From Desulfomonilia bacterium (GTDB lineage: Bacteria > Desulfobacterota > Desulfomonilia > UBA1062), in assembly GCA_963664325.2 (NCBI GenBank), contig CAXXDQ010000003.1:928001-992000 (forward strand): a stretch of DNA of 64,000 nt, in the 5' to 3' direction. Below the pieces are notes generated by a model. It worked only from the letters and a program-made list of their open reading frames with translations. It did not search any database and was not told the origin of the DNA. A program made the position numbers and the translations under genes. The first letter of the stretch is position 1. Each line of letters begins with the position of its first letter. Positions 18,656 through 29,403 of this stretch are shown here, piece by piece.

Positions 18656-19647
18656 AGGAATACCTTGAAAAGCTGCTTTCAGGCAGGGACCTGACAGAGG
18701 ACGAAATCGGAAAGGCGTTTGAGATGATAATGTCAGGAGGGGCGGATGATATTGAAATCGCCGCATTCCTTGTGGCCCTTCGCGCAAAAACGGAAAGCCC
18801 GTCGGAAATTGCGGGGGCCGCAAAGGTCATGCGTTCAAAGGTCAACCGGATTCATCTTGATACCGATGCGATCGATACATGCGGAACAGGCGGAGACGGT
18901 GCTCGGACATTCAACATATCGACGGCGGTTGCTTTTGTCCTGGCAGGAGCAGGACACAAGGTGGCCAAGCATGGAAACCGCTCTGTCAGCTCATCATCCG
19001 GGAGCGCGGATTGCCTTGAAGCCCTTGGTGTTCCGATCAATCTCGGACCTGTTGAGGCTGCCGAAGCAATAAAAGACAGGGGTTTTGCATTTCTATTTGC
19101 GCCCAACTACCATCCGAGCATGAAATATGCCATGCCTGCGAGAAAGAAGCTTGGCATACGGACAATATTCAATGTGCTGGGGCCGCTTACTAATCCTGCA
19201 TTTGCATCACACCAGGTAATAGGGGTGTTTTCCGGGAATCTGATTAAACCTATTGCCGAAGTCTTAAAAATGCTGGGTCTCAAGGGTGCAATGGTTCTAA
19301 ACAGCGGCATGGACGAGGTTTCGATTTCAGGACCGACTGATTTTGCATTGCTGAAAGAAGGAGTGATTACATCAGGAGTGGTAACGCCAGAAGAGGCCGG
19401 GATTGGGTCATCCCCGATCGGTACAATAGCTGTAAACGATGCCCGTGAATCCGCTAAAATAATTGAAGATGCATTTGCAGGCAGGCTTGATGGTCCGTGT
19501 CTTGACGCCATCCTGATCAATACGGCGGCAGCCTTCATTGTTCTTGATGAAGCGCATGATTTTAGAGGTGGGGTGGAAAAGGCAAGGTCGGTAATTCGGG
19601 AAGGCCGGGCGTTTGAGGCCTTGAACAGGGCCAGGGCGGTTTCATGA
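18652..19647 (+). CDS. trpD: Anthranilate phosphoribosyltransferase
   Basis: DTCGTGGDG, FNIST and AKHGNRSVSS. Confidence 0.95.
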   Translation: MKEYLEKLLSGRDLTEDEIGKAFEMIMSGGADDIEIAAFLVALRAKTESPSEIAGAAKVMRSKVNRIHLDTDAIDTCGTGGDGARTFNISTAVAFVLAGAGHKVAKHGNRSVSSSSGSADCLEALGVPINLGPVEAAEAIKDRGFAFLFAPNYHPSMKYAMPARKKLGIRTIFNVLGPLTNPAFASHQVIGVFSGNLIKPIAEVLKMLGLKGAMVLNSGMDEVSISGPTDFALLKEGVITSGVVTPEEAGIGSSPIGTIAVNDARESAKIIEDAFAGRLDGPCLDAILINTAAAFIVLDEAHDFRGGVEKARSVIREGRAFEALNRARAVS

Positions 19648-19709
19648 TCGCCTGTCGCTTAGGGTCCGTCCCCGGCATTGCGATAAACCTTGCTATCAGT
19701 GAGGGGTAA

Positions 19710-20456
19710 ATGGATTTTTTAAAAAAAATGTACGGGCTTTCAAAAAAGCGGGCGGAGAGTCTTGATGATATTTTAAACATGCACGATGTTTTCCCCATCC
19801 GTCCGTTTGGGGCAGCCCTTAAACATAAGGGCATATCCATAATCGCCGAAATAAAATACGCAACGCCTGCAGAAGGAAGCCTTGGACTTACGGAAAAGCC
19901 GGGTGAACTTGCCCAGAAATATGAAAGCTCAGGGGCTTCGGCGATATCCTGCCTTACAGAGCCGGAATATTTCAAGGGCAGCCTCGATTATCTCAAACAA
20001 ATCAGATCATGCTCGGCTCTGCCTCTCATGATGAAGGACTTTATCACGGATGAGCGTCAGATAACGGCAGGCCGGAAAATGGGGGCGGACGCCTATCTGC
20101 TTGTTACCGAGATGCTGAGTGCCCATGAGCTTAAGGATTTATATGCCTTTGGCAGGAATCTGGGGATGGATGCACTGGTTGAAGTACACGGTGAGAAAGG
20201 GCTTGAAAAGGCGCTATCGATAAATGCGGGAATAATCGGTGTCAACTGCAGAAACCTTTCCACTTTGAAGGTCGACATACACACCCATGAAAGGATGTCT
20301 GTTCTCTTACCGGCTGATTGCATAAGGGTGGCGGAAAGCGGCATCAGCATGGCTTTAAGGCTTCAGGAGCTTAAGGCTCTGGGCTATAATGCAGCGCTTA
20401 TCGGACGTGCGATGGCGGATGATTTGTCCATGAAAGAGATATTGTCATGTGGGTGA
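19710..20456 (+). CDS. trpC: Indole-3-glycerol phosphate synthase
   Basis: IIAEIK, SCLTEPEYFKGS, KDF, LVEVH, GVNCRNL and AESGI. Confidence 0.93.
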   Translation: MDFLKKMYGLSKKRAESLDDILNMHDVFPIRPFGAALKHKGISIIAEIKYATPAEGSLGLTEKPGELAQKYESSGASAISCLTEPEYFKGSLDYLKQIRSCSALPLMMKDFITDERQITAGRKMGADAYLLVTEMLSAHELKDLYAFGRNLGMDALVEVHGEKGLEKALSINAGIIGVNCRNLSTLKVDIHTHERMSVLLPADCIRVAESGISMALRLQELKALGYNAALIGRAMADDLSMKEILSCG

Positions 20457-21133
20457 AGATATGTGGGTTCACCAGAAGAGAAGATGCGATTGCGGCTGCC
20501 GAACTGGGTGCGGACGGCCTTGGTTTCGTGCTTGCAAAAAAAAGCAGGAAATATGCCGACCCTGATAAGATCTCCAAATGGATAAATGAGATAAAAGGTG
20601 TTGAAAAGATCGGGGTCTTTTACGATGAAAGCCCCGGCGAGATATATGAAGCAGGAAAACTGCTGCATATAAATACCGTCCAGATCCATTCGGCGATAAC
20701 TGCCGGGCATGTGGCACTGCTTAAGGATTTCAGAATCATAGCTGCAATAACGGAAGAAAAGGCCCTGCCTTTAAAAAGGAGCGAGAAATCAGGAATTAAG
20801 ACCGACGTCAAAGAATCCGCTTCAGTTCCCCTCTTTAAAAACGGAGAGATTTTATCAGATGAGGTTTTGCTTGCAGCAACGCATAACGGCGCTGAGATTA
20901 ATTACTATGGACGCATAATCATCGATCCGAGTATGGGATGGGGAATAAAGGCCGTGTGGAGACCGTATCCCTTTCCGTTCATCCTTGCCGGAGGGCTTAC
21001 TCCCGATAATGTCAAAGATGCGATAAGAACGGCGGATCCTGCCGGAGTGGATGTGAGTTCAGGAGTCGAGATTTCACCGGGTATAAAAGATATCTCTCTT
21101 ATAGAGAGGTTTATTCTGGAGGCAAAATCATGA
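20447..21133 (+). CDS. trpF: Phosphoribosylanthranilate isomerase
   Basis: [15 protein letters not shown] and GVDVSSGVE. Carries an internal insertion. Confidence 0.9.
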   Translation: MWVKICGFTRREDAIAAAELGADGLGFVLAKKSRKYADPDKISKWINEIKGVEKIGVFYDESPGEIYEAGKLLHINTVQIHSAITAGHVALLKDFRIIAAITEEKALPLKRSEKSGIKTDVKESASVPLFKNGEILSDEVLLAATHNGAEINYYGRIIIDPSMGWGIKAVWRPYPFPFILAGGLTPDNVKDAIRTADPAGVDVSSGVEISPGIKDISLIERFILEAKS

Positions 21134-22281
21134 AAGGCTATTATGGCGAATTCGGAGGCCAGTATGTACCGGAAACATTAATCCCGGCATTGGCGGAACT
21201 TGAAAACGCGGTTGAAGCGAACTTTTCTGACGCCGGCTTCTGGGATGAGTTCGACAGCCTTATGAGGGATTATGTCGGCAGGCCGTCGCCGCTCACATAT
21301 GCCGGCAGGCTGTCCGAACATCTCGGCATTGAAGTATGGCTCAAACGTGAAGACCTGAACCATACAGGGTCCCACAAGATAAACAATGCAATAGGCCAGA
21401 TTCTGCTTGCAGGGAGGATGGGTAAGAAACGTATAATCGCCGAGACCGGAGCCGGCCAGCACGGCGTTGCCACGGCCACGGTCTGCGCGCTTTTCGGTCT
21501 CAAGTGTGCTGTCTATATGGGCAGCGAGGATATTATCCGCCAGAAGATGAATGTCGAGCGTATGAGACTTTTGGGCACGGAAGTGATTCCTGTCACGGCA
21601 GGTACTGCAACGCTGAAAGACGCCACAAGCGAGGCCATACGTGACTGGGTGACCAACGTCGATAACACTTATTATTTGATAGGCTCGGCAATCGGCCCGC
21701 ATCCGTACCCGATGATGGTGAAGAAGTTTCAAACTATTGTGGGCGAAGAGGCAAGGGCACAGATTATGGATAAAAAGGGAAAGCTTCCTGATGCAGTCAT
21801 AGCCTGCGTAGGCGGCGGGAGCAACGCAATCGGCATATTTGCAGGCTTCATGGATGATCCTGTCGAGCTTATCGGTGTAGAGGCCTATGGCGACGGCGGT
21901 AAAAAACACGGGGCCAGCATAAACTTCGGCACTCCCGGGGTATTGCACGGCGCGAGATTTCATCTGCTTCAGGATGAAGACGGGCAGGTGCTGGATACGC
22001 ACTCGATTGCCGCAGGACTCGATTACCCTGGTGTGGGGCCTGAACACAGCTATATGGCTGTTAGCGGCAAGGCAAAATATGGACTTGTAACCGATTCAGA
22101 AGCGCTTGAGGGCTTTAGTTTGTTGAGCAGGCTTGAAGGGATTCTGCCGGCGCTTGAAAGCGCCCATGCGATTGCATATCTTAAAAAACACGCAAAGGAT
22201 AATCAGGGGAAAATGGTAATAGTCAATCTTTCAGGCAGAGGAGACAAGGACCTGCACACTGTTCTGGAGGCGGGGATATGA
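21130..22281 (+). CDS. trpB: Tryptophan synthase beta chain
   Basis: [29 protein letters not shown] and NLSGRGDKD. Confidence 0.97.
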   Translation: MKGYYGEFGGQYVPETLIPALAELENAVEANFSDAGFWDEFDSLMRDYVGRPSPLTYAGRLSEHLGIEVWLKREDLNHTGSHKINNAIGQILLAGRMGKKRIIAETGAGQHGVATATVCALFGLKCAVYMGSEDIIRQKMNVERMRLLGTEVIPVTAGTATLKDATSEAIRDWVTNVDNTYYLIGSAIGPHPYPMMVKKFQTIVGEEARAQIMDKKGKLPDAVIACVGGGSNAIGIFAGFMDDPVELIGVEAYGDGGKKHGASINFGTPGVLHGARFHLLQDEDGQVLDTHSIAAGLDYPGVGPEHSYMAVSGKAKYGLVTDSEALEGFSLLSRLEGILPALESAHAIAYLKKHAKDNQGKMVIVNLSGRGDKDLHTVLEAGI

Positions 22282-23036
22282 ATATAACGGATGCGATCAG
22301 GAAAAGGAAAAGGGCGATAATACCTTACATAACGGCAGGACTCCCTGACATTAAAACAACGGGGAAAATCATTAAAGCCCTGGCTGGTGCAGGAGCAGCG
22401 GCCATTGAAATAGGCATCCCTTTTTCAGACCCCATGGCGGACGGGCCCGTTTTGCAGAAGGCCTCCAAGATGGCACTGGATGCCGGTTTTAAAATGGATG
22501 CGCTTTTTGATCGTCTGCCTGAGTGGGTATCAAGCATCAGTATACCACTCATTGTAATGAGTTATATAAATCCACTGATGCACAAAGGACTTGAAACAAC
22601 GTTCAAAAAACTCAAGGCCTCCGGTATTGCCGGTGTGATTATTCCCGATGAGCCGTCCGACGCCTCCGATCTGTTCAAAATGACTCGGGCTACAGGGCTT
22701 GATTTCATACGCCTTGTCGCTCCGACGACAAGCCTTGAGCGCAAGAAAGAGGTTGTTTCCCAGTGCTCAGGCTTTATCTATGCCGTGTCGGTCAAGGGGG
22801 TGACGGGTGCGCGCAAGGCGCTGCCCGAAGAGGTGCAGGCACAGGTGGTCCAGCTCAGATCATTGTCGGATTTACCGGTCTGCGTAGGCTTCGGTGTTTC
22901 TTCAAAGGAACAAATAGATGAGATATTACAATTCGCCGACGGGGTTATAGTGGGAAGCTACTTGATGGATAAACTAATGAAAGCTGCTGATCCGGTTAAG
23001 GAAGCATGGAACGTAATGAAGTCACTCCGATTGTAA
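22278..23036 (+). CDS. trpA: Tryptophan synthase alpha chain
   Basis: [30 protein letters not shown] and DGVIVGS. Confidence 0.95.
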   Translation: MNITDAIRKRKRAIIPYITAGLPDIKTTGKIIKALAGAGAAAIEIGIPFSDPMADGPVLQKASKMALDAGFKMDALFDRLPEWVSSISIPLIVMSYINPLMHKGLETTFKKLKASGIAGVIIPDEPSDASDLFKMTRATGLDFIRLVAPTTSLERKKEVVSQCSGFIYAVSVKGVTGARKALPEEVQAQVVQLRSLSDLPVCVGFGVSSKEQIDEILQFADGVIVGSYLMDKLMKAADPVKEAWNVMKSLRL

Positions 23037-23178
23037 TTGCTTTATAGTTACTGATAATGTCATGGTACAGAGTTTCTTTCTGTGTTTTGAGAGCGGGTAC
23101 TATTCGTATTGAAGACAATGTTCAGCAGGTTTATTCAGGCCCCGATTATTTCGTGCTGAGAAATGATGCATTGGACAT

Positions 23179-24174
23179 TCAGGTTACTATTTTTTTTGCC
23201 TGTCCATATATGCCGTTGAATCCAAACTGGATATTTGCTGCTGTCATTCCGGCTTCTTCAAACCAACCTTCAACAGCTTTCAGCGTCTGAGGTCTATCAT
23301 AAACCGGGGATAACTTATCAAATGAATCAAGGATAGCCCATTCTTTCAAAGTATCTTCATTTAGGTCATATACACCACGGTAATCTGCGATAAGTAAAGC
23401 AACGTTTATCCATCTGCCGTATGGGAGTCGGTTTATCAACTTTGAAACAGGCCACATAAGATTTACATATTTCGAAACCAACCGGTACAATATTTCAGAA
23501 TTCATCCTTCGAGTGATTGGCCTGAACCAGTACTTTGTGTTGAGTATCTGGAACCAGAAGCCATACTTTCGGTAAACATCTATAACGATTTTGCCGCCGC
23601 TCTTCAAATATCCCGGGAGTGCTAAAAATGCCTTCTTGGGATCAGGAGTGTGCTGAAGAACACCTAGGCAAAAGAGTTTGTCAAAATAATCCTTGCGAAA
23701 TGGCATATTGAAGAGGTCCGCCTGCAGAATAAAGACATTATCCTTTTTCCCGTTTGATGCATAATTTGCTTCGACCGCATTGCTCAGGTCAAATGAAACC
23801 ACAAATGCCCCGGTAGAGGCAGCCTGTTCAGTAAAACGTCCCGATCCGCAACCCGCTTCAAGGATTATCTCACCGGCCAAGTTTTTTGGCCATCCTGTCT
23901 CATTAAAAAACCTTGTTCGCGATACGTTTGTTCCTGAATAACTGTCGTATTGAGTCCTGGAGTGCTTTGTCCATTCAAGGCCGAAGCTGTTTGAATAATT
24001 TTCCGGGAGTACAAACCTCGGGATATGATTTATTATGGGATAGACTCTTAAGCATTTGGTGCATTCCAGAATTCCTGACTTAATCTCATTATCCGCATCT
24101 TTTTTCGCATCCTTGATAATAAGCTCATTTTTGCAGTCCGGACAGATGATATATCTGATGGAGTCCTCTCTCAT
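23179..24174 (-). CDS. Class I SAM-dependent methyltransferase with an N-terminal Trm112-like zinc ribbon
   Basis: CPDC...CTKC..YPIINHIPRF, then LEAGCGSGRF and GVLQHTPDP. Confidence 0.85.
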   Translation of the reverse strand: MREDSIRYIICPDCKNELIIKDAKKDADNEIKSGILECTKCLRVYPIINHIPRFVLPENYSNSFGLEWTKHSRTQYDSYSGTNVSRTRFFNETGWPKNLAGEIILEAGCGSGRFTEQAASTGAFVVSFDLSNAVEANYASNGKKDNVFILQADLFNMPFRKDYFDKLFCLGVLQHTPDPKKAFLALPGYLKSGGKIVIDVYRKYGFWFQILNTKYWFRPITRRMNSEILYRLVSKYVNLMWPVSKLINRLPYGRWINVALLIADYRGVYDLNEDTLKEWAILDSFDKLSPVYDRPQTLKAVEGWFEEAGMTAANIQFGFNGIYGQAKKIVT

Positions 24175-24186
24175 TTCACTTTCCTC

Positions 24187-26091
24187 TCATGCACGAAACC
24201 TTTTTCTCCACATCATTATGACAAGGAGCAGCCATATCTTGTCGACTGTAATTAAACCATTTTTATTTTTAAATTCATGAACCATACTCTCAATCAGTTT
24301 CGGGTTAAGGAAGCTCTGGGATGTTAATACATCCGGGTTGAGATATTCATCTACCATGCCAATCAGCTCATCATGAAGCCATGAATATATCGGGACGGCA
24401 AAGCCCTGCTTCGGCCTGTCAAACAGACTGCCGGGTATATATTTCTGGAGAAGCTTTTTTAGTATATATTTAGTTTGGCCGTTCTTATATTTCAAACCAA
24501 TGGGCAGTCTCAGGGCAAACTCCACAATCCTGTGATCGAGCATGGGTTCCCGGCTTTCAAGGCTTGCGTACATGGACGCCCTGTCAACCTTGGTGAGGAT
24601 GTCATCCGGCAGGTAATACTTCATGTCCCAGAGCATCATTGCCTGTAGCAGGGTGTCTTTCCGGGCATTCAGCTTGTTCCTGCCGTCCGAATAGGCACCT
24701 GTAAGTTTTGCAATTTCATCCGGCAGCCAGTAGGCGACAGCAAAGGGATAGGCCGATGATGCACCGCTTTGCCAGTTTGAAAGCACTGCATTGAGTTTTC
24801 TTAAACGGTCCTTTATTGCAGGAAGCCTCAGGGCAGGGAACGCCTGTGAGAGTTTCGATATAATGTCGATACCAAGCGCTTCCATGATTTTTCCCGATGT
24901 TCTAGGGATGAGGCCAGGCATACATGAAAGGGTTTTATCAAGCCCTTTCATGACCCAATAGCGGTGATAGCCGCAGAAAAGTTCATCACCTCCATCGGCT
25001 GATAGGCTTACCTTGACATTTTTCCTTGTTATTTGTGAGACAATTGTTGTCGGAATGCCGGAAATGTCTCCAAAGGGTTCATCATATATCTCTGGCCATA
25101 GCGGCAAGATTTTCTTTGCATGATCTGATGTGACAATTTCTTCGGTATGCTCAGTGCCGAGATACTCCGAAATCTTTTTGGCCCATGGCGATTCGTCATA
25201 ATTTTTCTCATTGAAACCAATTGTGAAAGTCTTGATATCCGCTCCGCTGTGCCTGGCCAGAATTGCGGTCACAAGGGAGGAGTCAACGCCTCCCGAGAGG
25301 AAAACACCCACAGGGACATCCGCTATAAGCCGCTTTTTAAAGGCGTCAATCATTATATTTTCGAGCTCGTCCAGGCATAAGTTTTCGCTGACTGATTCAT
25401 GTGATTTTATAAAAGAGTCCATGTCCCAGTAGCGGTGATGATCAATCTTCATCTTCTCTGAAATTTTAATGAAGCAGCCCGGTTCAAGCTTGAATACGTT
25501 TTTATAGATTGAGCGCGGCTCCGAAATATATCCGTAATGGAAAAATTCGCCAAGCGCCTTTGAGTCTGTTTCCAGTTTGTAGGCAAGCCCTGCATGTATG
25601 GCCTTGAGCTCGGAGGCGAATGCGAGAGTGCCGTTATGTGCATAGTAATAAAGAGGCTTTACGCCCATTCTGTCCCTGAAAAGGTAAAGGGATTTTTCCA
25701 ATGAATCCCAGAGTGCAAAGGCGAACATGCCATTGAAGCGGCTGACGCAATCCGGTCCCCACTTGATGAATGAATTGAGGACGACTTCTGTATCCGATGA
25801 GCCGCGGAATGCAAATTCGCCGAGGTCTGTCTTCAATTCCCTGAAATTATACACTTCGCCGTTGTAGCAGATTGCATAGCGGCCGTCGGTTGAGGTCATG
25901 GGCTGATGCCCGGTCTCGCTCAAGTCGATGATTGTGAGCCGCCTGTGCCCCAGGGCGATTCCTGCTTTATCATCCAGATAAAGCCCGGCATCGTCCGGTC
26001 CGCCTTTGCTCATGACATCACGCATCCTGATGCAGATATCCTGCAGGCTCTCTTTATAGGATTGGTTCCAGATTCCGGCTATTCTGCACAT
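24187..26091 (-). CDS. asnB: Asparagine synthase (glutamine-hydrolysing) family amidotransferase, probably glycan-modifying
   Basis: N-terminal MC, GPDD, HRRL, YNGEVYN, LSGGVDSS, DELFCGY, KVDRASM and PKQGF. Sits among glycosyltransferases. Confidence 0.9.
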   Translation of the reverse strand: MCRIAGIWNQSYKESLQDICIRMRDVMSKGGPDDAGLYLDDKAGIALGHRRLTIIDLSETGHQPMTSTDGRYAICYNGEVYNFRELKTDLGEFAFRGSSDTEVVLNSFIKWGPDCVSRFNGMFAFALWDSLEKSLYLFRDRMGVKPLYYYAHNGTLAFASELKAIHAGLAYKLETDSKALGEFFHYGYISEPRSIYKNVFKLEPGCFIKISEKMKIDHHRYWDMDSFIKSHESVSENLCLDELENIMIDAFKKRLIADVPVGVFLSGGVDSSLVTAILARHSGADIKTFTIGFNEKNYDESPWAKKISEYLGTEHTEEIVTSDHAKKILPLWPEIYDEPFGDISGIPTTIVSQITRKNVKVSLSADGGDELFCGYHRYWVMKGLDKTLSCMPGLIPRTSGKIMEALGIDIISKLSQAFPALRLPAIKDRLRKLNAVLSNWQSGASSAYPFAVAYWLPDEIAKLTGAYSDGRNKLNARKDTLLQAMMLWDMKYYLPDDILTKVDRASMYASLESREPMLDHRIVEFALRLPIGLKYKNGQTKYILKKLLQKYIPGSLFDRPKQGFAVPIYSWLHDELIGMVDEYLNPDVLTSQSFLNPKLIESMVHEFKNKNGLITVDKIWLLLVIMMWRKRFRA

Positions 26092-26134
26092 GATTGGACT
26101 ATAGAAATTATACCTTGAACAATAAATTTGATTT

Positions 26135-27325
26135 TTATTTTTGGGGATTTGTTGATTTGTTATCCTTCTGTTCTGATTTATAATATTTAAGGTATAAATC
26201 TTCGTATTGTTTCACAATTGAATTTACATCAAAGAAGTTCATTACTCTTTGTCTTGCTGATTTCCCAATAGCTTCACGATTCGTTTTGGGGAGTGATAAA
26301 TAATATTCACATCTTGCTGCAAGATTTTCCATGTCACCCTTCGGCACAATCCAGCCTGTATCTCCAAGGATAAGTTTCTGCTCTCCACAATCTGTTGAAA
26401 CACATGGAACACCGGATGCCATAGCTTCAATAAGAACGATGCCAAAAGCTTCACTCCACGAAGTTAAACAAACAAGATCAAGTGAGGCTGTTATGTTTGA
26501 AATGTCTTCTCGATTTCCTAAAAGATGGAAAACATCATTCAAATTCATCTTTGTAATAAGTGAGTTCAGGATAGGATTTGACCAGTTGACTGATTGTCCT
26601 GCCATTAAAAAGTGAATTTCCGGTGATTTTTGATGAAGATATTTTGCAGCTTCAATAAAACCTTCTTGATTTTTTATCGGGTCAAAGCGACCGATATTTC
26701 CAATTAATGGAGTTGTTTCGGATATGCCTAATTCCCTACGAATATTTTTTCTGGAATTGTCATCTGGTTTAAACTCATTCAGATCAACACCATTTGGAAT
26801 AACCAGTGAATTTGATTTACTGTATCCTAGCTCCTCGTGATATCTTTTTGCATGGTTGGACACATACTGGATACAGTCCGGGAGGTATAAAGAGAGTTTG
26901 GTACAACACCATAGTGTAAGCTTGGTTAACAAGTTGGTGTTTGATAACAAAACACCAGAGGCATGTATTCCCCAAATTAAAACCGGTATTCCGGCCAACT
27001 TACTTGCCATGCCACCTATCAGATTGGAGTGGTACAGCCAAGTGTGCAATATATCAGGTTTAATCTTTTTAAGCCGTACAACCAAGCGTAAGAAATCCAA
27101 AAGATTGGGCATATTACGATTCATGTTAAGGGACTCAACGGGAATATCCAATTCACTTATCTTAAACCCAATTTCTCCTATGCCTTTTAAAGAGATTACA
27201 ATTGGTGAGAACCTGCTCCTGTCAATCCTTTCAAGAAGTTTTAGGAGCATTATTTCAGCGCCTCCTGTAGAGAGTTGAGTGATAATGTATAATATGGTTA
27301 TATTTTTTTCTTTAAAATTGTTCAT
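26135..27325 (-). CDS. GT4 family glycosyltransferase
   Basis: GGAE, IPNGVD, GRFDPIK and EAFGIVLIEAMASGVP. AT-rich. Confidence 0.9.
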   Translation of the reverse strand: MNNFKEKNITILYIITQLSTGGAEIMLLKLLERIDRSRFSPIVISLKGIGEIGFKISELDIPVESLNMNRNMPNLLDFLRLVVRLKKIKPDILHTWLYHSNLIGGMASKLAGIPVLIWGIHASGVLLSNTNLLTKLTLWCCTKLSLYLPDCIQYVSNHAKRYHEELGYSKSNSLVIPNGVDLNEFKPDDNSRKNIRRELGISETTPLIGNIGRFDPIKNQEGFIEAAKYLHQKSPEIHFLMAGQSVNWSNPILNSLITKMNLNDVFHLLGNREDISNITASLDLVCLTSWSEAFGIVLIEAMASGVPCVSTDCGEQKLILGDTGWIVPKGDMENLAARCEYYLSLPKTNREAIGKSARQRVMNFFDVNSIVKQYEDLYLKYYKSEQKDNKSTNPQK

Positions 27326-27580
27326 AAGTTCAGCTCAACACTTATTCTTGCGGGGCACACCAGTGTTATGCACTTATAAAAAGAAAATTGAATCAAACTG
27401 AAGATAGTATAATTTTATCATAAACGGATCCATTTGAAGATTTAATAAGTATAAGACCAGACAGATTCTTTCTTGATGGTTCTGATATATCTTTAAACAG
27501 AAATATTTTGAACAGATTGATCATGAAATGTATGTTAACCTTTAATACCTTAGTTGGGAATAAACTAAATAAACTTTTTT

Positions 27581-27745
27581 AGGTATATCATTTCCTGACG
27601 ATGGGTTAAACCTCGGTTTTTAGTATTCCAATGGCTTCTGTTTCCCATGGATATCCCAAGAGTTGATGCTTGTTCGACTGTAGTGCATCTTTTCAATAGA
27701 TTTGAGCCCACGATCTACCTGCGAATAGCCTCTGTCATAGAGATA
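27581..27745 (-). pseudogene. Possible eroded remnant of a B12-type radical SAM gene
   Basis: Fragments occur in the expected order across three frames: GYSQVDRGLKSIEK, CTTVEQA, LLGYPWETE, FNPSSGNDI. They echo the GCxxVxxGLES, KGTTVEQ, GxPxET and PxPGT motifs. Confidence 0.4.
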
Positions 27746-27775
27746 TCATTTGGTTTAGGAGGAAAAGGCCGCTAT

Positions 27776-29227
27776 TTATATTATCAATTTCCTCAACGCT
27801 TTAAGTTTTCTTATTATAAATACAGGTAATATGGACTGTATAATATATGCAATTTGCATCGGGTTCTTAAATATAAAAATCAATATTTCTTTCCACAAAT
27901 AAGGTATCTGACTTTTGAAGCCTTCCTTTGTTAATATTCTATCGATAGATACATTGTTCATGATTCTGTTCTCAAAGGTCAGAAGCCTTGCAAGTGAGTT
28001 TTCAACAGTAAAAAGAGGGACAGGTTCATATGACAACCAAAAATTATCATCAATATTTCCTGCCTTTTTCATAATCTCATAAACTTCTGTACCAGGATAA
28101 ACTATTAACTTTCCTACACCGGCAATGTAATTATAATGAATTTTCTGTGTTTTTTTTACTAGTTTGATGGTTTCTGAAATAGTCTCATCATTTTCTCCTG
28201 GAAATCCGCACATTAAAAATGTTGTTATATCGAAATCAATACCCCTGATATTTTCGAAAAGGTTTATTGCATCTTCTGGCTTGATGTTTTTATGGATCGA
28301 TTTTAGTAAAGTTCTGGAGCCTGTCTCTAGGCCGAACATAATCTTAGTAAAACCAGCTTTTTTCATCAATAAGAACATTTCCCTTGAAGAAGGTTTTACA
28401 CGGGCAGAACATATAAACTTTAAACCCAGTTTTTGTTTGATCAAGAGTTCACATAGGTTAAATGTACGTTTTTGGTCCAATGTAAGCGTATCATCATGAA
28501 ATTGAACTGTATGCAATGAAGGATAGGTTTCTTTTAATAGTATCAGCTCCTCAACTACTTTTTCTGGATCCCTTGTCCTCCATTTGCGTTCTGAAATAAT
28601 ATGCAAGCAACAGAAACTACATTTGAATGGGCAACCCCTGGAAGTGATCATGTGTGCAACTTTTCTTTTTGGTTCATTTTCAAAAAATATTTGATGTTTA
28701 GGAAAGGGTAGTAAGTCTAAGTCCTGAATTAACGGCCGGGGATTAGTCATAATTACCTGACCATCTCTCCAGAAGGCCAGGCCTTCTATGCTATTAAGAG
28801 AACTTCCTGACTTATAGGAATTTATGAGTTGCTTTAGTGTTATTTCCCCTTCTCCTATCACCACGATCACAGTAGGATATTTGTTTAATAACTGGTGGTA
28901 CATGATTGATGCGTGAATACCGCCTAGCACGACACGTATATGAGGATACTTTAATAATAGTACATCCAAAATCTTATAAGTTGCTACACGATTCATTGTG
29001 AATACCTGAAGTCCAACTACATCAGGGTTCCATTCGCGGACAGTTGAAAAAAATCTTTCATATGTTCTTTCATAACTATAATTATTCATGAATAAAGTTT
29101 TTACTTCGTTGCCATCTTGTTCAAGTACTGAATGCAAGTATGCTATTCCTAACGGATATGCGTAATCTGGGCGGGGATCGAATCGACTTTGATCTTCAAT
29201 TGATAAACTAGCCAATAAGATTTTCAT
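27776..29227 (-). CDS. Cobalamin-binding radical SAM protein (class B methyltransferase-like)
   Basis: PLGIAYL, LGGIHAS, GEGE, TSRGCPFKCSFC, DDT, GLETGS and GFPGE. Confidence 0.9.
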   Translation of the reverse strand: MKILLASLSIEDQSRFDPRPDYAYPLGIAYLHSVLEQDGNEVKTLFMNNYSYERTYERFFSTVREWNPDVVGLQVFTMNRVATYKILDVLLLKYPHIRVVLGGIHASIMYHQLLNKYPTVIVVIGEGEITLKQLINSYKSGSSLNSIEGLAFWRDGQVIMTNPRPLIQDLDLLPFPKHQIFFENEPKRKVAHMITSRGCPFKCSFCCLHIISERKWRTRDPEKVVEELILLKETYPSLHTVQFHDDTLTLDQKRTFNLCELLIKQKLGLKFICSARVKPSSREMFLLMKKAGFTKIMFGLETGSRTLLKSIHKNIKPEDAINLFENIRGIDFDITTFLMCGFPGENDETISETIKLVKKTQKIHYNYIAGVGKLIVYPGTEVYEIMKKAGNIDDNFWLSYEPVPLFTVENSLARLLTFENRIMNNVSIDRILTKEGFKSQIPYLWKEILIFIFKNPMQIAYIIQSILPVFIIRKLKALRKLII

Positions 29228-29403
29228 TTTTCTAAGAAATTATTATTGTGTTATTCGTCAATCTCGAAATGCTCCGCCAATCCCGGTGAAAGGGATATGG
29301 TTTGCAAAAGATATGTAATAATCAATGTCCATCATTTGTTTGTGAGGAAACAAGAAAAGAAAGTTCTGTTCCCTATGTCCGAATCATTTTGTTGAGCTAG
29401 TTA

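Noticed and set aside
29228-29403. Cobalamin riboswitch upstream of the B12 radical SAM gene
   Set aside because: Only a small hairpin and an isolated AGGGAA are present. The B12-box and GCCACTG elements are absent.
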